Of a stretch of DNA of 64,000 bases, positions 40,638-50,876 are shown in pieces. The position numbers and the translations under genes were made by a program. The DNA is from a virus (lineage: Duplodnaviria > Caudoviricetes): positions 111,134 to 175,133 of IMG/VR virus record IMGVR_UViG_3300033061_001635. One strand, 5' to 3'. How positions within the stretch are numbered: position 1 is the stretch's first letter; each line of letters starts with the position of its first letter. Under the pieces are notes generated by a model. It worked only from the letters and a program-made list of their open reading frames with translations, ran no database searches and was not told the DNA's origin.

Positions 40638-42836
40638 TTAGTTATCTATTTCAGTATACACCATAGAATAAAAAGATGCTTTAGCCTGCTTAGTTTCGTC
40701 AACAGATAATTCTCGACCAATATCAGACTGCAAAGCTTTTAGCCATATATAATATTGATTTAATATAGTATTATTATTTGATGAAGAATTTAAATTATTT
40801 ATAATGGACTCGTCTGCTATAGAAGAAAACGGAGTAATATTTAGTAATATACTAGTTTTAATATCTTCTAATTTTTGAGACTCTGTGTTACTTAAACTTC
40901 TTAAATTTTTCTTTTGAAAGAACTCTAGTATTATAGGATTAATTACTTCACTAATTTTTTCTTGTGCTCCTGATGACCATAATATTAATTTAGCTCCTGT
41001 TTGAGGAGAGAATTTTTTGGTTTGTCTTTTTTCGCTGTCTTTAGATAATTTTGGGCGACCTTCTCCTGGTTGTTTTGGTAAAGAAGAGGTCTTTGGAGCA
41101 GTATTTCCTCCTCCGAATGGAACCGGAGGAGTTTTCATTTCAAGAGCTGATTTTTCTCCTCCTTTTTTCTTATCTAATTCTAATCCTACTTGACTTGGAG
41201 AAACAACCCCTGTTTGTAAAGCAATCTTTTTTAACGAATTTTCAAACTGAGGATCAAACCATGGACCAGATTTTTGAACCATTCTATCGCTATCTCTTTC
41301 TCTACTTTCTCTATTAAGCCTAGTTTTTTCCATATCAGGATCAATACCAAATCTTGTTTGTAATAATTCATCACTGATAAGATTTCTATCAGCTAACTGT
41401 ACCAATAGTGCTTTCTCAGTATCTTCATTACTAAGATCCATTCGATCAAACTCAATTTTTGCAGGAAACTTGAAGCCCATAGCTTTTTGTACAATTGCTA
41501 TTTCTTCTTCTAAAAACTCTACAAGTCGATCTCTACCGTATTGTAATCTTTGGGTTAGTGTTTTTAAACTAATAAAATTATTTGTAGTCCCTGCGGCTCC
41601 AAATGTTCCTGTAAGAGTTGGAGGTATTCCCAAACCAGCATATATTGCATTCAAATGTGGGATATATTTACCTTCTCCTAGAAAATTATGAACATTCGTA
41701 TTACTTTCCATTAACTCTATATCTGGCCCCCAGATTAAATCCATTGTTCCTCCGCCTACATTATTTCCTAAGATTTGTGCTAATTTGCTAGTGGCTGCCT
41801 TGGTTGGGGCGATCTTATGTTCTAAACTACCCAATTTGAAAATTCTAATATTACTTATTGCACCGTCGAGGGCCGCCATATCTGCTAATTTTAATTTTTC
41901 AACAACTGTAATATCGTCCATAATAGCATATATCATAGGATATGCCCATGCTTGCCAATCGTCTTTTTTATAATGAAATACTAGAGTCTTATCAGGATCA
42001 AGCGGATATGGTTTCTTGTTTTTAGCAGCTTCTATTATTTGCTCTGGTAAACCGTCTATAACTCTTTTTTCGTTTTCTGTTTTAGGATTATTTATCAATT
42101 TCCTCAAGGATGCTGGTAATTGTAACTCATAAGTTTTTTCAGTAAGGAATGAAGACAATGCGCCAGCGGAAACTTCTATACAAACAGGATCAATAAATGT
42201 ATATTTCCAAGGAACCTCTCGTTTTTCAACACTTAATTCTGGTATATCATTAAGTTGTATGTCTGCGGTTCCAAGAGCTTTATATAGCTTATCTGAAGCT
42301 TTTATACTTAATTTAGCAGTTCTTCTATCTATAACAACATTTCCACTTTTATAAAGATTATTAAGAAATCTTTCACTTCTATCTTTTCCGTTTATTTTTT
42401 TAAACCATCTGCGATAAAATCTTTCAATTCTTTTATTTCTATGTACTAGTCGTATTCCTTGGCTTGCGAAATCACCCATAAGATCAATCACATTTTTTAC
42501 TAAACCAACTCTCTGATAAATTCGTTCCGCTCTTTGCAGAATCATTTTTATCTCATTAGGAGGGGCTTCTTGTGGTCTAAAAGTGTAGTAATCGTCTTTG
42601 GTTAATCCTGGGCGACTCCCGGTTAATCCATCTAAACTAGAAAAATCTAAACTATATCTTCTTCCGCCAGCGGCAGTTGCTCTTTCTACTAGAGCAAATT
42701 CGTCTAATGATGCTCCTGCTATTTTTAATGCTTCTTGTTTGCTGGATAAATCATCACCCCATGTTATATAAGCCTCTGTTGGTACAGAAGATACTGTTCC
42801 TAGAACTTCCTCTTTTGATCTTTTTTTATTAGCCAT
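40638..42836 (-). CDS. Portal protein
   Basis: 732 aa between TerL and the protease; VKNVIDLM.DF, LGIPPTL.G. Confidence 0.8.
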   Translation of the reverse strand: MANKKRSKEEVLGTVSSVPTEAYITWGDDLSSKQEALKIAGASLDEFALVERATAAGGRRYSLDFSSLDGLTGSRPGLTKDDYYTFRPQEAPPNEIKMILQRAERIYQRVGLVKNVIDLMGDFASQGIRLVHRNKRIERFYRRWFKKINGKDRSERFLNNLYKSGNVVIDRRTAKLSIKASDKLYKALGTADIQLNDIPELSVEKREVPWKYTFIDPVCIEVSAGALSSFLTEKTYELQLPASLRKLINNPKTENEKRVIDGLPEQIIEAAKNKKPYPLDPDKTLVFHYKKDDWQAWAYPMIYAIMDDITVVEKLKLADMAALDGAISNIRIFKLGSLEHKIAPTKAATSKLAQILGNNVGGGTMDLIWGPDIELMESNTNVHNFLGEGKYIPHLNAIYAGLGIPPTLTGTFGAAGTTNNFISLKTLTQRLQYGRDRLVEFLEEEIAIVQKAMGFKFPAKIEFDRMDLSNEDTEKALLVQLADRNLISDELLQTRFGIDPDMEKTRLNRESRERDSDRMVQKSGPWFDPQFENSLKKIALQTGVVSPSQVGLELDKKKGGEKSALEMKTPPVPFGGGNTAPKTSSLPKQPGEGRPKLSKDSEKRQTKKFSPQTGAKLILWSSGAQEKISEVINPIILEFFQKKNLRSLSNTESQKLEDIKTSILLNITPFSSIADESIINNLNSSSNNNTILNQYYIWLKALQSDIGRELSVDETKQAKASFYSMVYTEIDN

Positions 42837-42894
42837 AATTATTTAATTCTAATGTAATAGTATTGTAAAGAGATTACTAGTTTAATAATACACT

Positions 42895-44922
42895 TTATCT
42901 ATAAATTCCTGTATATGCGTCATCATTTGCTCCTCCATTTACGAACCATTCTGGTCCTTTGTACATACTTCCATTATTTTTTGTTGAGTCTTTTGCATTA
43001 GCTCCTATAATATCATAATCAACTGGTTTTAATACTTTTGTTAATTGTCTAGCTAACATATTAGCTATTATTAAAGAGCTATATCTATCTTTTCTAAGTC
43101 TTCCTTTTTTACCATGTCCCAATTTAGTCTCTGGAGTATCCCATCTGTCTCTGGCGTTTGGTCCATTACTTGTTTGTGTCATAACTATTGTTGTCAATTC
43201 GTTTTTTAGTTCTTCAATTTCTAAAATACATTCGCTTACATTATCATATAATGGATTAAGATCTGCTTCTAGTATATTTTGGCCTTCTTTTTCTATAGCC
43301 AATCCTAAAGTTAAATTATCGAACGATGGGAATAATAGAGTTTTGTCCTCTAAATCTTTTCTAAGTCCATGATTAGCTTGGCTAGTCCAGTCTGCTTTAG
43401 CAAATTGTACAAGCTCTAATATGTGCAGTCCTGATTGATCATCTGTGTCCTTGGCTTTGTCATCATTTATGATTGGCCAAATTAATAATTCCCCGTCTTC
43501 TAATTTATTTGGGTCGTGCAATGATTCTTCAATAGCCACACCACCTCCCTGAGCATCCATTCCTATCCTTAAGGGCTTAAAAGTTTTCATCAAATTTCTA
43601 ATTTTACGAGCACAGAATCCATAGAAATCATGTTCCGTAATTAACCCTGTTTTTTGACGTTCTTTAAAATTAGCTCTATTAGTAGTCCAGCAATATACGA
43701 TTTTAGAATGTGTAGAATTAACTTCTAATACAACTATACTAAAGTTATCTTGTTCGCTAGCTGGATCTATTCCATAGATATATTGCTTATCTGCATCTCC
43801 TTTAGCTACTGCATCAAAAAGAATTCTTTTACCATCAATAATAATTTCTTTATTAGATACAACACAACCTTCTATTAGACTACGTCTGAAGAAACCTTCG
43901 CTGTCTTTAACAAAACAAGCAGCATATTCCATATTATATATTCCATTATGGATAGTTGCTTTAGCCCTACTAACTTGTTTATCGTCCATGAATCCTTTTG
44001 GTATTAATTCATAAGGAATGCGTATGATACTATAGTCTCTCCAATTAAAATTCTCAGGAACTTCTCCTTTAAATATATCTTCTAATTTAGATTTATCTCC
44101 TTTGCTTTCTATAATTGTTTTATATCTTTTCCAATAACTAGCAAAGTGTTTAAAATCATAATCTGCTGTTCCTGAAATTATTGCTTGATTTCCCATCTTG
44201 GTATTAAGAATCTCTAATTCTTCATTCCATAAGCCAGCATCTATCATGGCTTTCTTTTTGGCTTGTTCTTTAACATTTTGAATGGGACTAGCACTAACGG
44301 CAGCGAATCCAGAAACTACGGTTTCATAAATATCTGGACTTATGGATGCAAATTCGTCAGCAATAATAATATGTGCTCTTAATCCTCTAATTTTACTTCC
44401 GTCGCCCATTGGAATGGCTATTGTCCAACTATCTCCTAATCGGATAGTACATCGGTCAACGTCTCTTCTTGGTCCATCGTCATTGCCATTAAAAATACTT
44501 CTTAAAATAGGACTATTTCTCCATATTGTTTCCATATATTCAAAGATGATTTTACTCTGACGAAATGCCGCACCAACAACCACTATTTTAGTACCAGGAC
44601 AAAACGTACATTTTATAACACAATACAAAGCTAATAAGAATGATTTTCCCCAACCACGGCTAGCAATATACATTGGGAATGGTCGTATCCAAAATTCTTG
44701 TAAAATTACAACTTGCATAGGATGTAACTCTATATTAAATAATAGTTTAACCATACTACCAATATATTTAGGATTTTTTAAAATGCGCATTAAATGAAGA
44801 TCTGGAAACTCTATGTCTTTCTCAGACCTGTGTATCATTACATTGTTAGGCAGATTTAGGGCTGATAGATCACCAAGACCCAGCCATGCATCATCAAAGA
44901 TTATATCAGTATTATTGGACAT
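42895..44922 (-). CDS. terL: Terminase large subunit
   Basis: Walker A SRGWGKS, Walker B IIIADE after IRGLRA, nuclease YGIDPA...KDRYS. Confidence 0.9.
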   Translation of the reverse strand: MSNNTDIIFDDAWLGLGDLSALNLPNNVMIHRSEKDIEFPDLHLMRILKNPKYIGSMVKLLFNIELHPMQVVILQEFWIRPFPMYIASRGWGKSFLLALYCVIKCTFCPGTKIVVVGAAFRQSKIIFEYMETIWRNSPILRSIFNGNDDGPRRDVDRCTIRLGDSWTIAIPMGDGSKIRGLRAHIIIADEFASISPDIYETVVSGFAAVSASPIQNVKEQAKKKAMIDAGLWNEELEILNTKMGNQAIISGTADYDFKHFASYWKRYKTIIESKGDKSKLEDIFKGEVPENFNWRDYSIIRIPYELIPKGFMDDKQVSRAKATIHNGIYNMEYAACFVKDSEGFFRRSLIEGCVVSNKEIIIDGKRILFDAVAKGDADKQYIYGIDPASEQDNFSIVVLEVNSTHSKIVYCWTTNRANFKERQKTGLITEHDFYGFCARKIRNLMKTFKPLRIGMDAQGGGVAIEESLHDPNKLEDGELLIWPIINDDKAKDTDDQSGLHILELVQFAKADWTSQANHGLRKDLEDKTLLFPSFDNLTLGLAIEKEGQNILEADLNPLYDNVSECILEIEELKNELTTIVMTQTSNGPNARDRWDTPETKLGHGKKGRLRKDRYSSLIIANMLARQLTKVLKPVDYDIIGANAKDSTKNNGSMYKGPEWFVNGGANDDAYTGIYR

Positions 44923-45403
44923 CTGTTTTCTTTACCATTTCGATATAATGTATTTTTTTTAATATAAATTCAGCTATTTTTTCAGCACTGGTTGCATTGC
45001 CACAGAATATTACTTTAATATTATGATTTAATTGTAACTCTAGTATATTTTTAACCAAAAAAGCCGGGGTAATTTTAACTTTGTCCCACATTTTCTTTGG
45101 AACAGTACTTCCTGTAGGATAGATTAATAAGTCTTCTAAATTAAATTCTAGTAATAAAAATGAATATTTAAATTGACTCAAGCGCATAATAACATCTTTG
45201 AATCGACTTTCCACTATGTTTGTAGCAAATTCACTAGCGCTCTTTTTTCTTTCGATGGTCAGAATGTTTTCCAGTCCTTCGATGCTATAATCTCCAGTAT
45301 CAAGTTTCTTATTTGCTATTGTATAACTATGGAAAGTCCACGGTTGTTGTTCTCGCGTATCTATTATGATAGTAAAATTATTATACGTATTATTGTTTAT
45401 CAT
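44912..45403 (-). CDS. ERCC4/XPF-type nuclease
   Basis: IIIDTREQ.P, LDTGDYS and IERK signature. Confidence 0.85.
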   Translation of the reverse strand: MINNNTYNNFTIIIDTREQQPWTFHSYTIANKKLDTGDYSIEGLENILTIERKKSASEFATNIVESRFKDVIMRLSQFKYSFLLLEFNLEDLLIYPTGSTVPKKMWDKVKITPAFLVKNILELQLNHNIKVIFCGNATSAEKIAEFILKKIHYIEMVKKTDVQ

Positions 45404-45665
45404 TGTTTTTCTGTTTTACTATGTTATAAAAAACAGCCTCATAATAACTTTCTACACCAGTAATTCCTTTATGATGATCTTTACATAATGTTATTCCGTT
45501 ATCAACAGCGAACCGTAGTCCTGGAAAATCAGCCCAACGACGAATATGATGAGCATTTAATTTTTTCTTACTAGAACATCCTGGCCATTGACATGTGTGG
45601 CTATCTCTTGCATAAATTTTTTTTCTCCATTTTTTATACTCAGGATCATCAAAATTCCTAATCAT
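45390..45665 (-). CDS. HNH endonuclease (packaging-associated)
   Basis: RD..TCQ..GC....L.AHHI...NGITLC..HH. Confidence 0.85.
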   Translation of the reverse strand: MIRNFDDPEYKKWRKKIYARDSHTCQWPGCSSKKKLNAHHIRRWADFPGLRFAVDNGITLCKDHHKGITGVESYYEAVFYNIVKQKNNDKQ

Positions 45666-46650
45666 TCTTTGTTGTCTCAATATCTTGAGTTACCATATCT
45701 TTAACTAAATGTTCAAATGGTATCTGAGGCTCCCAATCTAGTAGTTTTTTAGCTTTGTTGGAGTTTCCTCTTAGGTAATCTACTTCGGCTGGTCTATAAA
45801 ACTCAGGATCTATAACAACATAATTATTCCAATCTTTATTTATTAAATCAAAAGCTATTTGTAAAAACTGCTCAACACTATAGCATTGTCCTGTGCTTAT
45901 AACAAAATCATCAGCTTTATCTTGAGCTAACATTAATCTCATAGCTTCAACATAATCTTTAGCATGTCCCCAGTCTCTTACTGCTTTTATATTTCCTAAT
46001 CTTAGCTTCTCATCAGGTTCTAATTTATTATTAACCAAACGACCAATATATCTGGTAATCTTGCGCGTTACAAAGTTTTCGCCGCGTCGTGGACTTTCGT
46101 GATTGAATAGTATTCCGCTAGTAGCATAAAGATTATAGGCTTCACGATATATTTGAACCATTCGGTGACTAGCAAGTTTCGCCACCGCATATGGACTTTG
46201 TGGCAATAAGGGTGTTTCTTCATTTTGATATTTATTGCCAGAACTATCAACCGAGTAATTTCGCCCAAACATTTCGCTAGTACTTGCCTGATAAAACTTA
46301 GTATGTTTTGAAAATAGTCTGATAGCTTCTAACACATTAATAACGCCAACCGCATTGATTTCAAATGTTGCTGTTGGTTGTTTAAAACTTGTTCCAACAT
46401 GACTTTGAGCAGCTAAATTATAAAATTCATCTGGCTGTGCTGATGATATTAAAGAAACACATCCGCTAGGATCAGTAATATCGTATTCTTGTAAAATAAA
46501 ATTAGAATTATTTATATGTTTTATTCTGTTAAAAGTATTAGTACTTGATCTTCTATAAAGTCCAATAACCTTATAGTCTTTACTTAATAAATTTTCCGCT
46601 AGATAACTTCCATCTTGTCCTGTTATTCCCGTAATAATTGCTGTTTTCAT
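45658..46650 (-). CDS. gmd: GDP-mannose 4,6-dehydratase
   Basis: ITGITGQDGSYLAE, YNLAAQSHV..SF, QASTSEMFG, SPYAVAK, LFNHESPRRG..FVTRKIT, RDWGHAKDYV, RPAEVD.L.G. Confidence 0.95.
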   Translation of the reverse strand: MKTAIITGITGQDGSYLAENLLSKDYKVIGLYRRSSTNTFNRIKHINNSNFILQEYDITDPSGCVSLISSAQPDEFYNLAAQSHVGTSFKQPTATFEINAVGVINVLEAIRLFSKHTKFYQASTSEMFGRNYSVDSSGNKYQNEETPLLPQSPYAVAKLASHRMVQIYREAYNLYATSGILFNHESPRRGENFVTRKITRYIGRLVNNKLEPDEKLRLGNIKAVRDWGHAKDYVEAMRLMLAQDKADDFVISTGQCYSVEQFLQIAFDLINKDWNNYVVIDPEFYRPAEVDYLRGNSNKAKKLLDWEPQIPFEHLVKDMVTQDIETTKND

Positions 46651-46653
46651 TAT

Positions 46654-47469
46654 TTACTCCACAGTGTCTGGTGTTAAGAGAGGTTTGTCTATAGTATTGT
46701 CCTGGAAAGAATGATAGCTAGCCAATTGCTGTTTATATTTTTCGCTAGCTAAGTGTATAATCTCCATTTGTCGTCCTTCTTTTTCTCGTGTTTCTTCGTC
46801 TTCTAGCATGCGTATTAATCCTGTCCAACTACTTTTACCGTCTTCTATTCTTTTGATACGCTGTTCACGAGTAGCCTTGAGATCCTTACTAATCTTTTGT
46901 TGTTCATTTAAAAGTTTAGTATACTCATTAGTATAATTAGCAATGCTATTGCGAGCAAAACTTAATTGAGTTTCTAAATTAGCCAATTTAGGTATGTCTC
47001 TTTGTTCTTCGCTTTTTTCATATTCTTTATCCACTTGCTTTTGTAGTTTTTCAGTTTCCGAAATATGACGTTTTCGTTCTTTCATACTTCGGTTAATCAG
47101 AATATCAATAGTTATAAACTGTTTAATCTGAAGTTCTTCGGCTGGCAAAACATCTTCACGAAATTGTTTGACTAAATTAACCCAGGTACTTTCAAAGTAT
47201 TCTAATTCGCCGCCATCTTTGTCAAATTGGCGCTGAATTTCTCTCCAGAAAGTTTTACTATGTAATTTTTGTTTTAGTACCTGATCGTCCTGAGTATTAT
47301 GAACAACAGATAACTGATTCTCATTAACATATCTTTCTACTGGAGCTAAGTTTCTATTTAATTGATCAGCAATTTGCTGTAATGGTAATGAACTATAGTT
47401 ATCACGAATATATTTTTCTTCTTCTAAACTTAGTTGTCCTCGTTTTCTTGGAATGCTTCTATTTTCCAA
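46654..47469 (-). CDS. Possible terminase small subunit (N-terminal HTH plus coiled coil)
   Basis: LS.EE..YI...IA.QLNR....V HTH-like start, long coiled coil, upstream of terL. Confidence 0.45.
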   Translation of the reverse strand: MENRSIPRKRGQLSLEEEKYIRDNYSSLPLQQIADQLNRNLAPVERYVNENQLSVVHNTQDDQVLKQKLHSKTFWREIQRQFDKDGGELEYFESTWVNLVKQFREDVLPAEELQIKQFITIDILINRSMKERKRHISETEKLQKQVDKEYEKSEEQRDIPKLANLETQLSFARNSIANYTNEYTKLLNEQQKISKDLKATREQRIKRIEDGKSSWTGLIRMLEDEETREKEGRQMEIIHLASEKYKQQLASYHSFQDNTIDKPLLTPDTVE

Positions 47470-48086
47470 TTGTTGTCCTCCATTATTTTTTGAATATGAG
47501 CTTTGAGTTTTTTAAGTTCGGTCTTATTAATTTTGGTTCCGTGTTTTAGTTTTAAATAACTTTCTCTATATTCGCTTTGGATATTAGAGTCTAGAAATTT
47601 AATTAATTCTTGATTTTCTAATAGTGGTGCAGGAAGAGACGGGCCTAATGAGGTGTTATTCTCAATATAACCGGGTTGAATAATATTCTTTTTGGCCTCA
47701 TTTCTTTTTGCCCATGCTGCATATAGTTCACAATCATTTTTATTTTTATATTGTTCACACTGATTAATGCTAACTTTGCAACCCTTGTCGAAGAAAGGAC
47801 AAGTTAAACAGGGTTTGTCGGGCCTTTGGTAGTTATTACGTTTGTAATTAAATAGTCTATTTCTAACGTGGGTCCAAAGAAAGTTTTCTAGGGGTCTTTT
47901 TTTATCATAATTTTTTAATCCTTCCAAAGCAAATATAGCAGCTTGTTGCTTCATATCTTCTACGCTATGATAGGCGAATCTGAATTTATGAGCTAGTCTT
48001 TTGGTAATATTATCTAAAACTAATAAAAATTCTTCAGTTTCTACGCCATTGGGCAGTTTATCTTTGTTCTGTGGTTTTTTGGTCAT
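47430..48086 (-). CDS. Sigma70-family (region 2)-like phage transcription factor with Cys-rich insert
   Basis: EDMKQQAAIFALEGLKNYD...LENFLWTHVRNRLFNYKR resembles sigma region 2; CLTCPF...C...C...C insert. Confidence 0.65.
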   Translation of the reverse strand: MTKKPQNKDKLPNGVETEEFLLVLDNITKRLAHKFRFAYHSVEDMKQQAAIFALEGLKNYDKKRPLENFLWTHVRNRLFNYKRNNYQRPDKPCLTCPFFDKGCKVSINQCEQYKNKNDCELYAAWAKRNEAKKNIIQPGYIENNTSLGPSLPAPLLENQELIKFLDSNIQSEYRESYLKLKHGTKINKTELKKLKAHIQKIMEDNNWKIEAFQENEDN

Positions 48087-48317
48087 TTAGTAATTCTGCT
48101 ATGCTCTTTCCGTTATCTAATAATAAATCATTAATAACTTCATCATTTAGTGATCCAGAAGCTTTTACAGATAGTACGCTATCGGTAATGGTTGGAAAAT
48201 TGGGCGAATTTAAATTTGAGAATGTCATTGGTTTATCCTTGCGCTAAACTTGTCAACTGTTATTATAATATGTTTTGACGGATGATTGTCAACAATTAAT
48301 AAGTATAGGAGTATTTT

Positions 48318-48572
48318 ATGGCTAATTATAAAAAGTGGGCACCCTCAGAATTGGACTATATTCAAAATAATCATAATGTGTTGTGTGATGAGAGTTTAGC
48401 AGCATCATTAAGTAAAATTACTGGACAAAATATTAGTACAGCAATGGTTCGTAGACAACGAAGGAAACTATCATTAAGGAAGAGCAGAGGACGTCCACGA
48501 AAGACCAAGCCTGCTATTGTTGCTACTACAGCATCATCAAATATTCAGGTTCAGCAGAGTGTACTGTCTTAA
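48318..48572 (+). CDS. Small basic DNA-binding protein (HTH-like plus AT-hook)
   Basis: KW...EL.YI..N....D..LA..L...VRRQRRKL followed by RGRPRK. Confidence 0.6.
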   Translation: MANYKKWAPSELDYIQNNHNVLCDESLAASLSKITGQNISTAMVRRQRRKLSLRKSRGRPRKTKPAIVATTASSNIQVQQSVLS

Positions 48573-48596
48573 ACTATTTAATTAAGAATTGATTAT

Positions 48597-48642
48597 AGCG
48601 GCGGCCATAGCTAAGAAATTAGTTGTGGCCGTTGTTGTTTTT
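48597..48642 (+). terminator. Intrinsic terminator
   Basis: GCGGCCATAGCTAA-gaaa-TTAGTTGTGGCCGT hairpin followed by a T-rich tail. Confidence 0.7.
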
Positions 48643-48703
48643 ATCGGGGTTGGCCGTTATAATAAGGTGACATGAAGTCAAAAATACCTTTAGGAGATTA
48701 ATA

Positions 48704-49015
48704 ATGAAAATTTTTATGCTATTAGTTTGTGGTTTGTTTTGTTGTATTGGAAATAGTAGTAATGCTTGTGAATGGACAAGAGCAAGAAATATTCATACTC
48801 AGCCAGTTTATGCTCCTGTTCAGCAGCTTCAGCCAGTTGTATCATGGTCTTATGTTCAACAGAATGTTGTTACCTATGTTCCAACAGTAGTTTATCAGCC
48901 AGTAGTAAATACTCAGGTAGTACCTGTTCAGACAGTAATTTATCCAGCTTATCCACTTTATAGTCCTGTTCCGACTGCTCCTTATTTCTATGGATATAAT
49001 GTTTATAGATACTAG
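48704..49015 (+). CDS. Secreted/membrane P/V/Y-rich protein
   Basis: Signal-peptide-like N-terminus, V/Y/P/Q low-complexity body, AGGAG RBS. Confidence 0.6.
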   Translation: MKIFMLLVCGLFCCIGNSSNACEWTRARNIHTQPVYAPVQQLQPVVSWSYVQQNVVTYVPTVVYQPVVNTQVVPVQTVIYPAYPLYSPVPTAPYFYGYNVYRY

Positions 49016-49324
49016 GGGGAATTCGGCTAATATATAGCAAGTAATCTGTAGATAAATAAAAAATGGTGCAGGGTTGACTGTTAGTTGGTGGAAACTGGCC
49101 AATTGATATGATTACCCGGCCATTTTTTTAGAATCGATGCTCCTGGGCTCATTATTGATGCTTGTATCAGTATAAAAATTATTTGTAGAAGATTATAATC
49201 GGGAAAAATGGCTAATAAACTGGCCAATTTGTTATGATGGTCCTTATTGTTTTTGGACCACCGGCGAAGTTTTGGGGTTTTGCCCAGCCCTTGTTGAAAA
49301 ACGAAAAAACCCCCCCTCTTGCTG

Positions 49325-49402
49325 TAAAGTGTTGTGGCGTAAGACTTTACGACGAGTTATGGCCGCAAAAGTTGTCATAAACTCTTATGGGATAAGGACT
49401 TA
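49325..49402. repeat. 78-bp double-dyad element, copy 1
   Basis: TAAAGTGTT-N7-AAGACTTTA / 28 bp / TAAACTCTT-N7-AAGGACTTA. Confidence 0.9.
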
Positions 49403-49556
49403 CGTTAAATGACCCTAGCAAATGCTATGCCAAAAAATAAAGAATAATATATTCTCTAAAAAAAATAAAAAAAATAAAAGATTTCGCTTGCAACCTAAAG
49501 ATATGTCTGTATAATGTCGATATAAGAAGTAAGACAGAAGAGAAAAGGAAAAGAAA

Positions 49557-49775
49557 ATGATCAGCAGTTTTTCAGTTGGCGATTGGGTTGAGAGTGATGA
49601 AGAATATGGGATTGATTGTGAGAACTATCCGGTTTATCGAGTCGAGTCGGTGAACGACGATAATACCCTTACTGTACGCGACGAGGAAGGCAACGTTGGT
49701 CGGCTCAACGCCGACTATGTTTCTCATGCTGACATCGATTACATTCCCGGTCTTGACGATGGAGAGGGAATCTAA
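49557..49775 (+). CDS. Hypothetical acidic early protein (SH3-like beta pattern)
   Basis: 72 aa downstream of a promoter and AGGA RBS. Confidence 0.6.
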   Translation: MISSFSVGDWVESDEEYGIDCENYPVYRVESVNDDNTLTVRDEEGNVGRLNADYVSHADIDYIPGLDDGEGI

Positions 49776-49831
49776 TCTCCCCAGTAAGGGAACGAAAAAG
49801 ATTCTATAGAATACTCTCACAAGGAAAGAAA

Positions 49832-50152
49832 ATGAATAGTTTTGCAAGATTGAATCGGATTGGAATGGACGCAAATGCTACTAAGGATAAGGTAAGATAC
49901 TTGCGAGAAAAATATAATCTTGGATATGATATGCAACCAAAGGAACAAAAAATGTCCGTTTCTGAAATGATTTGCAAACTAGAATCTCATGGCCTGATCG
50001 TGCAGCGGTTGGAGCACGATAATGGTACGCTACACGTTGACGGCTATCATCCTCCCCATTGTAAGGGGCTGCCCGATTGGCTGTATGATTGCCCCGGTTG
50101 GGGGGTATCGTCATGCGGGGCTTCTAGGGTTTTCATGTTCAAGGTGGGCTAA
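49832..50152 (+). CDS. Hypothetical early protein
   Basis: 106-aa ORF with AAGGA RBS; start uncertain. Confidence 0.5.
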   Translation: MNSFARLNRIGMDANATKDKVRYLREKYNLGYDMQPKEQKMSVSEMICKLESHGLIVQRLEHDNGTLHVDGYHPPHCKGLPDWLYDCPGWGVSSCGASRVFMFKVG

Positions 50153-50179
50153 CCCCCCACTAGGGTTATGCACTCGACG

Positions 50180-50257
50180 TAAATCCTTGCTACATAAGAC
50201 TTTACGGCGAGGCGGGCCGCAGCGGCTTGACGCAAACTCTTATCTATCAACAACTTA
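50180..50257. repeat. 78-bp double-dyad element, copy 2
   Basis: 25+28+25 spacing; right dyad contains TATCAACAACTTA (exact WATCAAnnnnTTR). Confidence 0.9.
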
Positions 50258-50324
50258 GGAACCTTACGATATTTTAAGGAAACTTTTTTGTTGACACTCA
50301 AGATAGGTTTGGTATAATGTCGAT

Positions 50325-50549
50325 ATGAGAAACATGATGATCTTCAACACGATGAGCGAGTTGGTTGGTTTCCTGAGCAGTGCCGATTCTGCTACGCTGG
50401 TGAACGTTGCAGCGTTTGGAATGGATCTTCTGGATCTTGCTCGTAGCAACGGAAACGAAATCGAAATCGGTGAGGATGGCGGATTCATCCGAATCGACGA
50501 AATGGGTTACGTTGTGGAAGAGTTTGCGATTGACAACGTTTGCGAATGA
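50325..50549 (+). CDS. Hypothetical acidic early protein
   Basis: 74 aa directly after a promoter; start uncertain. Confidence 0.55.
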   Translation: MRNMMIFNTMSELVGFLSSADSATLVNVAAFGMDLLDLARSNGNEIEIGEDGGFIRIDEMGYVVEEFAIDNVCE

Positions 50550-50702
50550 TGATAGAATAGCAACACAAGAAAGAGAGAAAAAGATGATGCTGACTTTTGC
50601 CGATTATACGCTGCTTGTTGGATATCTTTCGGTTGCTGCGTTTGCATCGTATGCTGCTCACGAAGTATCCGGTGCTATTCGGGCTTATCTAGACGATTGA
50701 CC

Positions 50703-50780
50703 TAAAGCCTTATCGCATAAGACTTTGCGACGAGGCACGGCGGCGGCGATTTTCGTAAACTCTTATCGGCAAACGACTTA
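50703..50780. repeat. 78-bp double-dyad element, copy 3
   Basis: 25+28+25; begins 2 nt after the stop at 50700. Confidence 0.9.
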
Positions 50781-50876
50781 GCGAACCTTGCGGTATTGTA
50801 AGGAAACTTTTGTCTTGCAACCTAAAGAATACTCTGTATAATGTCGATATAAGAAGTAACCCACGAGGATAAGAAG

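Noticed and set aside
7421-44560. Plus-strand ORFs across the structural module, e.g. the 15420-15848 VGV repeat
   Set aside because: Antisense shadows of long minus-strand genes; no RBS support
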